DNA from: Mytilus edulis
Lineage: Eukaryota
NCBI RefSeq assembly: GCF_963676685.1
Contig: NC_092351.1
Span: 25,296,001 to 25,360,000, forward strand
Reading direction: 5' to 3'
DNA length: 64,000 nt
A model generated the notes under the pieces. The model made no database searches, was not told the origin of the DNA, and was given only the letters and a program-made list of their open reading frames with translations. Each line of letters begins with the position of its first letter. Position 1 is the stretch's first letter. The position numbers and the translations under genes are program-made. Shown here piece by piece: positions 1-13,088 of this stretch.

Positions 1-831
1 AGACAAGTCGAAAACAATTTTTTTCTTTCAATTTTAGAATTACATATAGTGGTAGCTGAGGGTGAAACAAACAATTTTTTTTTCTCAGAATCAAAAACAA
101 ATAATTTTTTTCTCCAAAAACTGGAAACAAACTTTTTTTTCCAAAAAAAACCATAGCCCCCCCCCCCCCCCCCCCCCCCCAGAAAATCAAATGGTTGCTG
201 CCTAAGAAAATACCACTTGACCAAATCTTTTGTTCACACACATACATGTTCACTGCACAGGTTTAACTTTTGGAACATGTCGTTGCTTAGACGCACACTT
301 TTTAGCATTGTGTTATTATCAGTAACTGGTTGCCTGTTTAGACATGTTAGACATAAAAGTAGAAATATCAGTTCAAAAACACAAAGTTATGATTATCTCC
401 ATTAGATATAGATATTTTTAAATACAGAAATGTTTGTCATTTCATTAAATGAAATAATCACTGTAAATTCAGAAATTATTGTCAGGTTAGTATTATTGTG
501 AAAATTGCAACAGAGTTGTAAACTCAACAATTTAAACTCGCATTTTGAAATATTTTTTTATATGAGTTAAACAGGATTTTTCTCAAAATCGTACAAAAAT
601 AAAATCACATTTATAATTCTAAAATGAGAAAAATCGCAACAATTTCTCAATTAACAGTATTCTATTTCTGAACAACATGTTACCATTTCTCATATTTCTG
701 TGTTTATACATCCATTCTTGGTCCTCTGACACATATAAATGTATATACTACATGACTACATGTACTATGACATCAAAAGCATAATTAAATCTGTTGAATA
801 AATGTACATGTATGATTCTTTTTATTCCTAG

Positions 832-3800
832 CTTGGTTTCAACATTCGTGGAGGACAAGAACATCATTGTGGGATATTTGTATCCAAGGTAAAAATATTA
901 TATGTACTGGGATACATGTATATGCTCATTTCTCTAATTATTAGACAGTTTATGTTAGGTTTATCTCAGTTCTTCATCTGTCAAAATTCAGTTATGACGT
1001 CAAATTTTCTTGCTTTCTTACAACTTTGCTACATGTACATGTGTATTGTGGCATTGAATGAAAAAAACGTGCATGATAGAGTTTATCTATCATTAAAAGA
1101 GAAATAGAATAATTTTATGTACATACATTTTTTTTTAGATCTTTTAACATGTTGAATAAAGAGATTCCACCATCATTCTTATGACTCATTTATCTTGAAT
1201 GGAGAAATATCACATTACATTCAATGCTCTTGTAGAATTAAGATATAAATGTATATAGTTGTATAGCTTTATGTTACCAAGAGTAGTGTGCCCTGAGGGG
1301 CCTCACATTGATATCATTATACCTGTATATTCTAATGTTCTTAGAAGATGTCTCTCCAGCATATGTTATTTGCATATTTTCTGCTATTAAATTGTTAATG
1401 TGACTAAATATTACTCTAAATAATTTTGACACAGTGTAATAGTTTGCTTCAGTTTCTATTAATTATGAATATATATATTATAGGTGATGCCAAACAGTGA
1501 AGCAGAACTTTTAGGATTGAGGGAAGGTGATCAGGTATGCACTCATTTATAACAAAGGATACTTTATATAATGGTATTTTGATAGGATAGAAAAAATAAT
1601 ATGATTAACAGATTGACCAAAAATTCAGCAAATTATTGATTTATGCTTCAATATTTTATAAACCTTTAGGTAACAAAAGATTTAACATCATTATAGTTCA
1701 TTGTAGTTCAGAACATATAAACCAAAATATAGGTATACTGCAGATAGACCATGATAAAAAAAAAACCAGCAAAGAAATGCACTAAATTTAAGATGTTGTT
1801 ATTTACCCTTGATTAATTTCTGTATCTAGATTTGTAACACTGGGTCCGAACACATTGTATAGCTGATCAATACCATAGTCAACAGAATATACCATTTAAA
1901 AAGATAAGAGATTTTAAGTTACTCAACTACAGCTGTATAATATATAGAGTTGTAACCAATTGAACGCCAAATGTTTAATATCAAAATAGAATTTTTTATT
2001 ATTGAATATTTATATCAATGATTATATATAATTATAGTTTCACAATACTAAAACTTTCCAGTCCAAAACTAGAAAAGTTGATAGACAAAATCAAGCAAAC
2101 CAAGACTGAATACAGCATGTCAAAAATTGTTCAGAATTAAAAACCACAAAGTTACTCAACTACAGCTGTATAATATATAGAGTTGCAACCAATTGAATGC
2201 CAAATGTTTAATATCAAAATAGAATTTTATTATTGAATATATGATATATATATATAATTATAGTTTCACAATAATAAAACTTGCCAGTCCACAACTAGAA
2301 AAGTTGATAGACAAAATCAAGCAAACCAAGACTGAATACAGCATGTCAAAAATTGTTCAGAATTAAAAACCACAAAGTTACTCAACTACAGCTGTATAAT
2401 ATATAGAGTTGCAACCAATTGAATGCCAAATGTTTAATATCAAAATAGAATTTTATTATTGAATATATATATCAATGATTATTAGGTACATCAAACTATA
2501 TATTTTATTTTTCAGATCTTAGCTGTGAACCATATAAATTTTGAAAACATTAATCACTCAGAAGTAAGTATACTTATGCTTTGATAAATATTATTTGTCC
2601 ACTGCTGCAGTTCAGAGGGAGTAGATATTGTAAAGATGGACATTCTTTTCTTCATTATGTTTGAATCAGTCTCATTATGTAAGTAATTAAAGATCTTATT
2701 AACACTTTCTGTTCCTCCTATCTAAGGCACTCTTTCCAAAAGTTCTATTGAACTGCAACAGCACTGAGAAAGAAGTTTAAAACTACACCTTAATTTAAGG
2801 ATATATTCATAAATGCTTGCCTACATTTAGTGTATAGAAACACAATCTTAAATAAAGTACATTCAATTAGATTCTTGTCAATCCTGCAACATTTTGTAGA
2901 GAAAGCAAGACATGGTGATTATACATTTTAATGTCAACATTTACGTTCAATTTTTGGTAAAAGTTTTTTTTAGACATCAATAACTACATCAATTTTTGAG
3001 AAACAAAATCTGTTTTTTAATGATAAATGGACGTAATTCATGTAATTAGTTAATTTCGGTTTTACATTACATTTCACACTGACCATGCTGACAGCAGCAA
3101 TCACAGTGAAACCCTTAACAAACTTTTAACATTTAGATTTTCATTTGAAGTCTGAATATACATTGATCTATGCTGAGGCAAAATGGTATAATAAAAAATA
3201 ATGCACATTTAGTAGCATATCTCTAATAAATGATTATTTGATATTTCAGGCTGTTGGTGTACTGAAGTCTAATACCTCCATTGATATGATTGTTAGTGAT
3301 TTTCCATATGGTAAGTTCTGTCATTGTTTGAACCTAATTATATATATATATATATATATAAAGATCACTATAATAATCTATATATATATATATATATATG
3401 TCTAGTTCAAGACATACCATGAAGACCTTTTAAAATTCAAAGCATGTTGGAAAATGTTCTCTACTGTTATACAAATGTATGTAGAAAACAGAAAAAAAGC
3501 AATGGATCAAGCAAGTCTGTTCCCGATTTAAATGCATTGGGAGCTTGGGAGGCACATTTGTAAGACCTAGACGGTGACCGCCCATCAAATAAAATTTTGA
3601 TTTTACTTATGATCATGAAAGTTCTTAGAAATTTTAAGAAAACTGCAACCACAATTTTGATTAATTTGAGTGCCTTCTATCTTATTACTAAATGATTTTG
3701 GAAAAATAGGTGCTTAAATAGACTGTTGTAGTGCTTTTGTTTTGTATATTTTTTTCCAAGATATACATAAACTATACAGTATATTGTTGTGTGAGACACA

Positions 3801-4342
3801 GAAACAATCTAATTGATATTGACAAAAACAAAACAATGCATGTTAATTGGGCATAATTTTTTGTAAATTTGATTCCAGGAGTTATTTCAGTGTATGTCCT
3901 ATGTAGATTAAGCTTGGTTAAAATATGAGCAATTGAATAGTTTATGTATTTTGGCTGCAATTTTCAAAATTGTGATGTCAAATATTTTTTTACACCGGGT
4001 ATCAATTTGGAACTCTTACTAAATGTCCAAACATTTCTACATATTTTATATCATGCGCTCCTAATATTTTGAGATGATGATATTTCATACTATGTTAGAA
4101 TCATTAGAAGATGATTTATACTTTATGCATATGATCAAAAATTTTGTTTTATCTAATCACTTCAAATTTCATATCAATTTGAAATGGCATATATATTTCA
4201 ATTTTAATTATAATGTAAAAACAAAAAGATGTAAAACTGGCCCAAACCCTTCATTCATGTCTTTATATTTGTAGGTTATGACAGAACATATGATAAGACA
4301 AAATCATTAGCATCAAGTCATCAGCAGTCCCCAAGAAGATAG
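832..4342 (+). CDS. PDZD11: PDZ domain-containing protein 11-like, 3' part (5' exons upstream of window)
   Basis: Exons 832-888, 1484-1534, 2516-2563, 3250-3310 and 4275-4342 have AG/GT splice sites and join in frame: LGFNIRGGQEHHCGIFVSK-VMPNSEAELLGLREGDQ-ILAVNHINFENINHSE-AVGVLKSNTSIDMIVSDFPY-GYDRTYDKTKSLASSHQQSPRR*. Single C-terminal PDZ with the LGFNIRGG...EGDQ(I/V)LAVN...FPY pattern of PDZD11. Confidence 0.85.
1916..2483. repeat. Intronic tandem repeat, ~230-bp unit, about 2.5 copies
   Basis: aagttactcaactacagctgtataatatatagagttg... recurs at ~1916, ~2149 and ~2375 with near-identical continuation. Confidence 0.9.
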
Positions 4343-5333
4343 CATTTTACTGCGTTGGAGATGTGTGGATGAAGACATGTAGAACATTAGTGATGTAGTC
4401 ATAATGGTTGTGAATATAGGAAATGAACTTACATAAAGAGAACTGCCATTAAAAATTTGCATTCATTTCATATATTTCCAAAAGTAGGCATTGCAAACTC
4501 TTTAAACTGGTTTTAATTGCCTTTTTAAAATCATCAAGATATTAGCATCACATGGCCGACTTTTTTTTTTTATTAGAAAATTTTCTTTTCGGAAATCATT
4601 GAGTTGGTGGTATTTATCCTTGGCCTTAAATTTACATATAAGTCATTACAATACACAGAAACAAATCATTAATATCAACCATCATAAAAGCAGTAATTCA
4701 TCTATATTTTGGTAGGTTATCACACTTTCATTCTTTTGTTATTTATTAGCAAATGAGTTTAAAAACTAAATAAAGTAACAATTTGACATAATTTTTTATC
4801 CCTGATCATAAACATATATGTAAAGAAGCACAAACTAGCCAGTACATGATGAATATTTGAATGCTGCATTTATGTACTAAATATATTGCCATTTTATATA
4901 CAATTTTATATAGTATGTTTTCTTCAGTTACAGCCCTCATATAGATAAATATAATTCATATTGTATCTTGCATTGATAGTTATCTTTGACATTTGAAGAT
5001 TCATTTGTTATAGTTGTATAAATTTATCCTTTTGTTAAAAATGTTTTAATGATTCTTTATAAACTAAACAATAGCAACCAATGTAGGCCATTAAAAACTT
5101 ATTTTGTTAACTGGTAATTGTAACTATATGAAACATCATGTATTTGTATGAGACAAAGACATTTTATTATAAGATAATACATTTTTACTTTTTTTGTATT
5201 TGTATACAGTTGGTACAGTAGTTATATTTACATTATTTTATTATATATCAATTTATTTACACAAAATATATAATTAAACAGATTAGCATTTTTTATGGCC
5301 ATGAGATAATAATTTCCATTGGTCACAGTTGTA

Positions 5334-6566
5334 AATAAAATTGAGAATGTAAATGGGGAATGTGTCAAAGAGACAACAACCCATACCTGTCAACTGACCC
5401 GGATTCTGCGGGTGTGACCCGAGATTTTCACAATTCTGAGTGATCACCCGGATCACCCACCGGGTCATTGAAATAACCCGGAAATTCCGAAAATGACCCG
5501 ATTTCACCCGTATTTCTTAGCCTTGAGATTGATTTTCATAAGTAATATTCCTTTGAAATACCGGCAAATTCGTAATTCTTCCATGAACATGCAGTTCATC
5601 TAGCTATGTAAACTGTCAAATTAAGTGACCCATTAAGTGCATGGCTTCACTTGACAGCTTTGGTGTCAAACACACTGTTGATTAACACCAATTACCTTAG
5701 CTTTAGTCGTAAATAAATTGCCCTGTTGTTTTACAAAGATATTTCAATTAAGAGTTACTTCCCCTTATTTGTCACCATTCAAAATTATTCCTTATATTTA
5801 CGTTTTATGGGTGAAAAAGATTAAATCATAATAATATAAAATTCAAATACATATTGGAAAATAACTTTTCATTATTTTTATACCTTTATACAATTTTAAA
5901 AAAAAAGTTGAAAATTATTTTTTACATTTATACTTCCTTTAACTGTATTACTATATTTTATCATAGTCTAATTTCCTTCTCATGTGAGAATGAATGTTCA
6001 TACATGTAATACCTCTACCTGGTATGTTTAAAGGCTACATAGCCAGTAGTCTCATTTTAAAATAACATTTGAAAAATAAATTTTAGATGATGACAAAAAG
6101 TAAAGGACACAAGACTGTGGTACACAAGTTTATAAAAATCTTTAAAAGTGTAATGAAATAATAATAAATAAGATTTTAAATGACTTAACCAAGTGAACGT
6201 GCATTGATGTTTTGGTATCTTTGATATACATTATAAGAAAATGTACCATAAATACTGAAATTCAGCTCGAAAAAGTTCGTACGCGTTATGACCTGAGATT
6301 TGATTCTTCAATGCAGGTCATGACCTGCATTTTCATCGTCACAGGTTGACAGGTATGCAACAACCCGACCATAGAACAGACAACAGCAGAAGGTCACCAA
6401 TAGGTCTTCAATGCAGTGAGAAACTCCACACCCGGAGGCGTCCTTTAAATGGCCCCTAAACAAATATGTATACTAGTTCAGTGATAATGGACGTCATACT
6501 AAACTTCGAATTGTACACAAGAAACTAAAATTAAAAATCATACAAGACTAACAAAGGCCAGAGGCT
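5334..6566 (+). repeat. Interspersed repeat (aataaaattgagaatggaaatggggaatgtgtc family), split by a hAT-like insertion
   Basis: Same sequence occurs uninterrupted at 55686-55830 (+), 55075-55176 (-) and, degenerate, at ~12040-12172 (-). Confidence 0.8.
5382..6357. mobile_element. Non-autonomous hAT-like DNA transposon
   Basis: 13-bp TIRs catacctgtcaac / gttgacaggtatg; 8-bp TSD caacaacc at 5374-5381 and 6358-6365; no transposase ORF. Confidence 0.85.
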
Positions 6567-7228
6567 AACTGTCTGCATCCAATGAAAAATCGCCTTTAAA
6601 AGAGGGGCAAAAGATACCAGAGGGACATTCAAACTCTTAAATCAAAATTAAACGGACACTATGGCATAAAAAGAAAAAGTTAAACCAACAAACAATAGGC
6701 AATATAGGAAAGGTGAACAGACATAAGAGGTCTCTAAACACTTTGGATCCAAATGGTCTATACACATAATTAACAGTGCCTGGTGATGTTTCATGGCCTG
6801 ACCTGTTTTGGTCCAAAAGGGACCTTCATTAGAGGCAGAATGGTGGATTAATGTTTGCACCTTATTTATATAGATACTGTTACCACAGTAACCAGCAGTA
6901 CAGTTAACCCGCAAACAGACGAACAATAGTACACAAAAATTTATCTCATGTAAATATAGAAAATGACCACATGCCGATTCTGCAACAAGTCTTCACCTGA
7001 AAGACATGAAGCTAACCACCAGTGTTATTGGTCCATCATTACACATAGATTAGTTGTCCATTCATCTGTTAGGATTTCAAGGTGGCTGAGGTGTCTTCCT
7101 CAATCTTGGATTTTGAAAAAAGCAGATAATAATCGGTCTAGATCTTTAATGACATGTCCAAATTTTGAGAGTAGTATATATTTCATGGAAGACTTTTCGT
7201 GTTATAGAACATTGTGTGTTTTATCATA

Positions 7229-9993
7229 CACATGGAAAAAAGTATTGCAACACCTTGATTTTTTAAAATTTGAAAAATCAGTCTCTTTTTTTGGATGAAA
7301 TATAATAAAATATTTGTATAATATTATTGAAACATAGTTTATGATAACATTGGCATTGAAACGAACAAAAAATGTTTGAAAAAAAAAAGATTTATATAAC
7401 CACAATTTTAATAACAAAATGAAGTGTTTTTTGTACAAAAAAATGCATTTTACAACTTTTACTGTAGTCGAACTTTACAATGTCAGACATTTCAAAATAA
7501 TCTTCAAATGACTGTTCACATCATGGTTGATCGTTATACGCCAAAGAATTAGTACTTTGTGCGCAGCCTCCATTCAAACGGATAACCGCATCTAAACGTC
7601 TTCTGATTCCTGCCAAAAAATCGACTAATTTGTTGCTAAGGTAGCAGCAACCATTCCTGATGAAGGGCATTGTTTATTTCATGATGTGTTTGAACTAGGG
7701 TGTCCTTTCGCGCACGTTCCGCCCAATAGTGTCCCATATAGGCTCGATATGGTTCAAATCCGGGCTACGATCCGTCCAAGGAAGATGAACCGAATTCCAT
7801 TGGAACACTGAATATTCCTCCACGATGCTAATTTTCAACTTTAGCGAGCTCTGCACTGCATTGGATAATAATAATAATAATAATAATAATAAATTCTTTA
7901 TTTAAAGAGGGTAAACTCAGTTAGTTACAATAAACTAATCTTCCCTGAGGCCCTCACATACAAATTACAATACAATCAAAACAGATATTTACACATAGTT
8001 AATTTACACTCATGTAGTTCAATGTATTGTTATTAACATAAGATATAATGCTGTTTAAGATGTATACATGTAGTCAAAAAATGAAAATAAAAAATAAAAA
8101 AATATACAAATACATTGTAGCAAACATTTCTTAATAATAATAATGAAAATTTATAGAGCGCCCTATATAAAAAATAAAAATTACTCTAAGGCGCTGTACA
8201 TTAAGCATAATAATAAAAACAAATCAAAGACAAAAACATAAAACATATACTGTGTTAGATTCAAGTACTAAAATAAAAAATAAAATAAAAATGCCTACCA
8301 TAATATAAAAGGTCCATTCAAAAGAAACATTGGAAAACAACAAATTAAAAAATAAATAGCAATCTTATCAGGGTTGTGTTAGGTACTTCTTGATACTTTG
8401 CTTAAAAGTAAAAGTGTTTTGAGCTTTACCCATTGTGTGTGGTAGTCCATTCCATAATACTGATCCAGAATAAGCAAAGGATTTCTTAAATAGTTCAGCT
8501 TTTGGCTTAGGAACTATCAGATTACCTTGAGTGACACCTCTTAAGGAGTAAGGATTATTGTCTGATTTCAGTTTAAACTTTTGAACTAGGTACATTGGTG
8601 CTTCCATACGCATACATTTATATAGAAGTAAATATTTGTGGTATTTTATTCTATGTCAACTGTCATCCACCCAAGTTTTTTAAATAAGGGGGCTGAGGGG
8701 GATAAAGGATCTGCATCTAGGATTAATCTTGCTGCCCTTTTTTGAAGTTTTAAAATTCTTGTTATTCCTTCTTTTTTACATTCACCCCAAATAATACAGC
8801 AGTAGTCAATTAAGGGAAGAATATACCCATTGTAATCTGTTTTCCTTGCATTTATATCTAAAAATTTCTTTATTTTAGAAAGAAGGTATATTCTGGATGA
8901 TATATTAGCACAAACTTGGTCAATTTGATTTTTCCAGTTAAGTGTGTTGTCAATTTTAACACCTAAAAATTTTTCACATGAAGAATTTTGTAATACTTTT
9001 GAATTTATTATCAAGTTTGGTTGACAGGTCTGAATTGATAGTTTCTGTTTTGTTCCAGTAACCAAACATTTTGTTTTATTTGCATTAATGAACATGTTGT
9101 TCATTTTACACCACTCTTCAACCCTGTATAAATCTTCTTGAACCTCATCATGTAATATTTTCTATGTTTTTCCCAGATTTATGAAGAGTGGTGTCATCAG
9201 CATATAGGTCTGTTTCACAATTTTCAATGCATAAGGGAAGGTCATTTATAAATAGTACAAACAATAGGGGACCAAGTATAGAACCTTGGGGGACACCAAA
9301 TTTTACATGTTGTTGTTCAGAATAAACATTACAAATGATACGGAAAACTGTGTGTCTGTTCGTCAGCAAAGGTCTCCGAAATGGTCTTATCGCACGATAA
9401 CCGAGTAGCGATGAGTCGATCTCGAACAGTTCTTGTTAAAAGGCTCCTGTATGCCCACCACTCTCTTTTTAGGATTGTATTGTATGCAATGGGTTTCCTT
9501 CTGACCAACCTTCATTATGCTTGATTTTCCCTTGCAAATGGTATAGGGGATCTTCTTTATCTCGGAAGGTCTTTAACATCGTTTAGTGCCTTATTTTTAT
9601 TCTCAAAACGACTTATAGTGGAATGGTGATGACCAAAAATACGTGCAGTTGTTTTAGCGACATCCCTGCTTCTCTCATGCTGATAATCTGCCATCTTGCT
9701 GCAGTTTAGAGTTGTCGAGGACCCATTACAAGGTGTCAATCACATAACTTTAAAAACTTGGTTATTTAAAGTGTTGAAAACAATGAGGATGAAAACATCT
9801 GTTTTGCTGTTTACGGGTACAGTAGCTGCATGTGCAGATGAAAACTTATCGAGTCGATATTTATTGATTAAACTCAGGTGATACTTAAATCATGTTTAAT
9901 TAGTTCTATTTTACCAAATTATATCACAAAAAAATAAAAAGTGTTTTTTTAATTTCAATTTCAATTGGGTGTTGCAATACTTTTTTCCATGTG
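7229..9993 (-). mobile_element. Decayed Tc1/mariner transposon
   Basis: Perfect 26-bp TIRs cacatggaaaaaagtattgcaacacc flanked by TA. Minus-strand transposase remnants: HTH ...ARIFGHHHSTISRF...VKDLPR (9557-9739), RPLLTNRH (~9360) and PWTDRSPDLNHIEPIWD (~7730-7785), with stops and an internal deletion. Confidence 0.9.
7865..9336 (-). mobile_element. 5'-truncated non-LTR retrotransposon (CR1/L2-group RT), nested in the Tc1
   Basis: RT motifs [13 protein letters not shown] and YADDT (9148-9369), KFLGVKID / LQKRAARLI (8646-9104), KSFAYSGSVLWNGLP (8368-8613); frameshifted; 3' (ATT)n tail at 7865-7890. Confidence 0.9.
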
Positions 9994-10624
9994 TATATTT
10001 ACTGCTGTATATTACCAAAAAAAAACAATCAATTTTTTGTGTGATTGAATTGTTTTCAACTTTGCCAAATAAGGGGGATACAATTCAGATTTAAGGAGAG
10101 ATAAATCACATAACGTAATTTTTATAAAAGAATGTGGTGTTAATTTATCTTATTTAGTGTGTAGCAAAATAAAACGACCTATTTTTTTTTAATTTTCTTA
10201 TCTGAAAGCATTTTATTAGAGCTATTTTCTCATATTTATATTTCAATTTTATGGTGTTGTTTTCTTTTAGCACACAAAATTGGATTTTCCATGCATAATC
10301 TATACAAAATCTTACAATTTTGCACAACCAGTAGCATAAAAATAGCCCGGTGAACCATACTTTTTATTGTATCTTTGAAAATCATACAGAAGTCATCTCA
10401 TTACAATTAGTCTAGTTCTTATCAAAATATGCGTAACATTCACCTTGCAAGTGTTTGTATTTTAAAATGTTATAAACATTAAATTTCTGACCAACCATCT
10501 GATGTGGAAACTTGATATTTATTAATTAGTATTTATTTTATCATGGGATATATCAAAAGAGAACTATAGACAAGGATCTTAATCTGGGACCAGCTCTTGA
10601 ACATTGGTAGAGATTGTAAATATA

Positions 10625-10852
10625 AAAAAGAAGATGTGGTATGATTGCCAATGAGACAACTATCCACAAAATACCAAAATGACACGGACATTAACAACTA
10701 TAGGTCAACCGTATGGCCTTCAATAATGAGCAAAGCCCATACCGCGTAGAACGAAAAACAAATATGTAACACATAAACAAACGACAACCACTGAATTACA
10801 GGATCCTGACTTGGGACAGGCACATACATAAATAATGTGGCGGTGTTAAACC
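10625..10852 (+). repeat. Interspersed repeat (gaagatgtggtatgattgccaatgagacaactc family)
   Basis: Related copies at 13620-14465 (-), 30530-30625 (-), 34775-35055 (+), 41160-41246 (-), 50400-50505 (+), 52360-52435 (+) and 56780-56870 (-). Confidence 0.75.
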
Positions 10853-13088
10853 TTGTCTTGGATATCCTTGAGCCTCCACAGTTAGATAAAAAGTCAGTAT
10901 AGCGGATAAAAGATACTAGTATATCTGTAACATAGGGTTTTTTCTTCTATAAATTGACATAACAGGTTTGCAGGTTTCTAGATTAAAAGTAGATAGTGGG
11001 TATAAAACACTTTTTTTTTAAATTCAGTTTATTGACTCACTTTGACTTAATGGAAAAGGCTAGTCTTCAGCTTGCTGATTCCAGCACCTTCGGTGTTGAT
11101 GACATAAAAATGTGTTATAGTTTATGAAAAGGTCAGTTTTAAAGTAATTGCTTGTGGTAGGTCAATGATATTTAGCATGAAGTTGTATTAACACTGGCAA
11201 GTCTCATCTCCGCGAAAATCATTTGGCTCCACCGCGTCATTCTTGATCTATTGACTTTGTAACTTTTGCTTGGTTTACATGTAACAGTTATAAGTTCAGT
11301 TTAAGGGGAACCCCTATCGGTAGGTCATAAGATAATTGATAGCGCCACGTAATTAGCGTTGTCAAATATCATTTCCAGGGAAATTGGTTTGTCCTGCCTC
11401 CTCAGTCATGGTCTATTGGCGTTGAAACTTATGCTTTGGTTTCAAGTTAGAATTTGTGATTGGGTCTGTTTATGATGAACCACTTATGGAAAATAAATTA
11501 TCATTTGGTGTGCAGTTGCATCAAAATTTGCTCATCTCAATTCCATGGAGATCATATGGACCTACCTCCTCCATCATAATAGTTCAATGACTTATCACAT
11601 GCACGTGGTCTCGGAAATCAACCCCCCCTCCCCCCTTATATAACTTAATATATGTATATTGGGAAAGTTTGTTCTGAGAAAAACGCCTGTGTGACTTATG
11701 CATAGTTTGCATGTTGTGATTAAGTTAGTTTAAGGGGAACACCTTCTGAAAAGTCATTGGTATTTGGCATGGATATCTTATTTCTAGGGAGATGATTTAC
11801 TAGTTACGCATTACCTTCAGTTCTTTCAGTTTTGACTTGGAATATGTTGCATAGATATTAGGTTTATATATAAATAAATATTGCCATTTTATTTCAATTT
11901 CAGAATTTGTAATTTACAATCAAAATTACATAGCGGCGAGACATAACATTTATGAATAACATGGCCTTATCTTTAAGCTTCTTAAATTAACCTCCATACC
12001 ATAAAGCACATGATTAATCAACATAACATTCGTTTTTGTTTAGGGGCCAACTAATGCCGACTTCGTGGGTGTGAGATTATCTTGCTGCTTTGAAAACCTA
12101 ATGGTGACCTTGTGCTGTTTGGTCGTTTGGTGGCTCTTTCATACATTCCCCGTTGCCGTTTTCAATTTTATTGAATTAATGCAGTACACCTTTATGAACT
12201 TTAAGGTCTATCATTATCCTTGTATTTAATATAACCTCACTAGATAGATAAAATGAGCAATGTTATACCAAAGTATTTCACATTTGATATCCTCTTTATT
12301 AAATTGTCTTTTGTCTGCTTTGTATACAAAAGCAAAACCATAAGTTCAGAATGTAGTAGTCAACTGAAAAAACAAATATCCGACAACGGCCAACCGGACA
12401 CATTTTCTGACAAATAGACGACTAGTGTTTACTCTGTCCAAAAAATGACCAACGATGCCCGCGCTAGATGAAAACACAACGCAATAACCGAGGTAAACTT
12501 AGCGATGGCGATAACATCTAAAAGTACAACTTGGACGATGAAAGCTTATTTCAAATCTGTAGAAGGAGTTTTGTGGGGTATGCGTCTTTCTCCGTTTTAT
12601 TTTTGAAGGATAGTTTATAACAACTTAATTTTTATTCTGGTATGATCTGGACACCGCATTAGGATTTCCAAATGCATGCCGTCAGTTCGTCATCTTATTA
12701 CAGTGAACAGATTCAAAACCAATTAAGACACTACATAAGAATAATTTTGGAGAATTGGATTGAAAGGTTTTCCGTAATAATAACCCTCGTCACAATTTAT
12801 ACGTATTTCAAAATACTTATTATCACAAGATTATCATTGAACGTGACTGAGTTTTAACTACCTTGACCGTTTTAAGATTTTTTTAAATCGTTTACCCTCT
12901 ATGTTGCTTATATCAAGACAACTTGACTTAGATACACATTAATGTCATAACAAAATAAACCAATTTCGCAATAATCGAATCTTGTGACTGAAGATAAGAT
13001 TTTAATATAAATACTAGTATGCTGCAACTTTTAAATAAAGATTGATAGACAATTTGAAGTAGTTCTACGTTTAAGAAGCAAGACAAAT

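Noticed and set aside
157-180. Poly-C/G tracts (also ~41970-41995 and ~58565-58578) as regulatory G-quadruplexes
   Set aside because: Homopolymers within repeat ends; length unreliable; no functional evidence.
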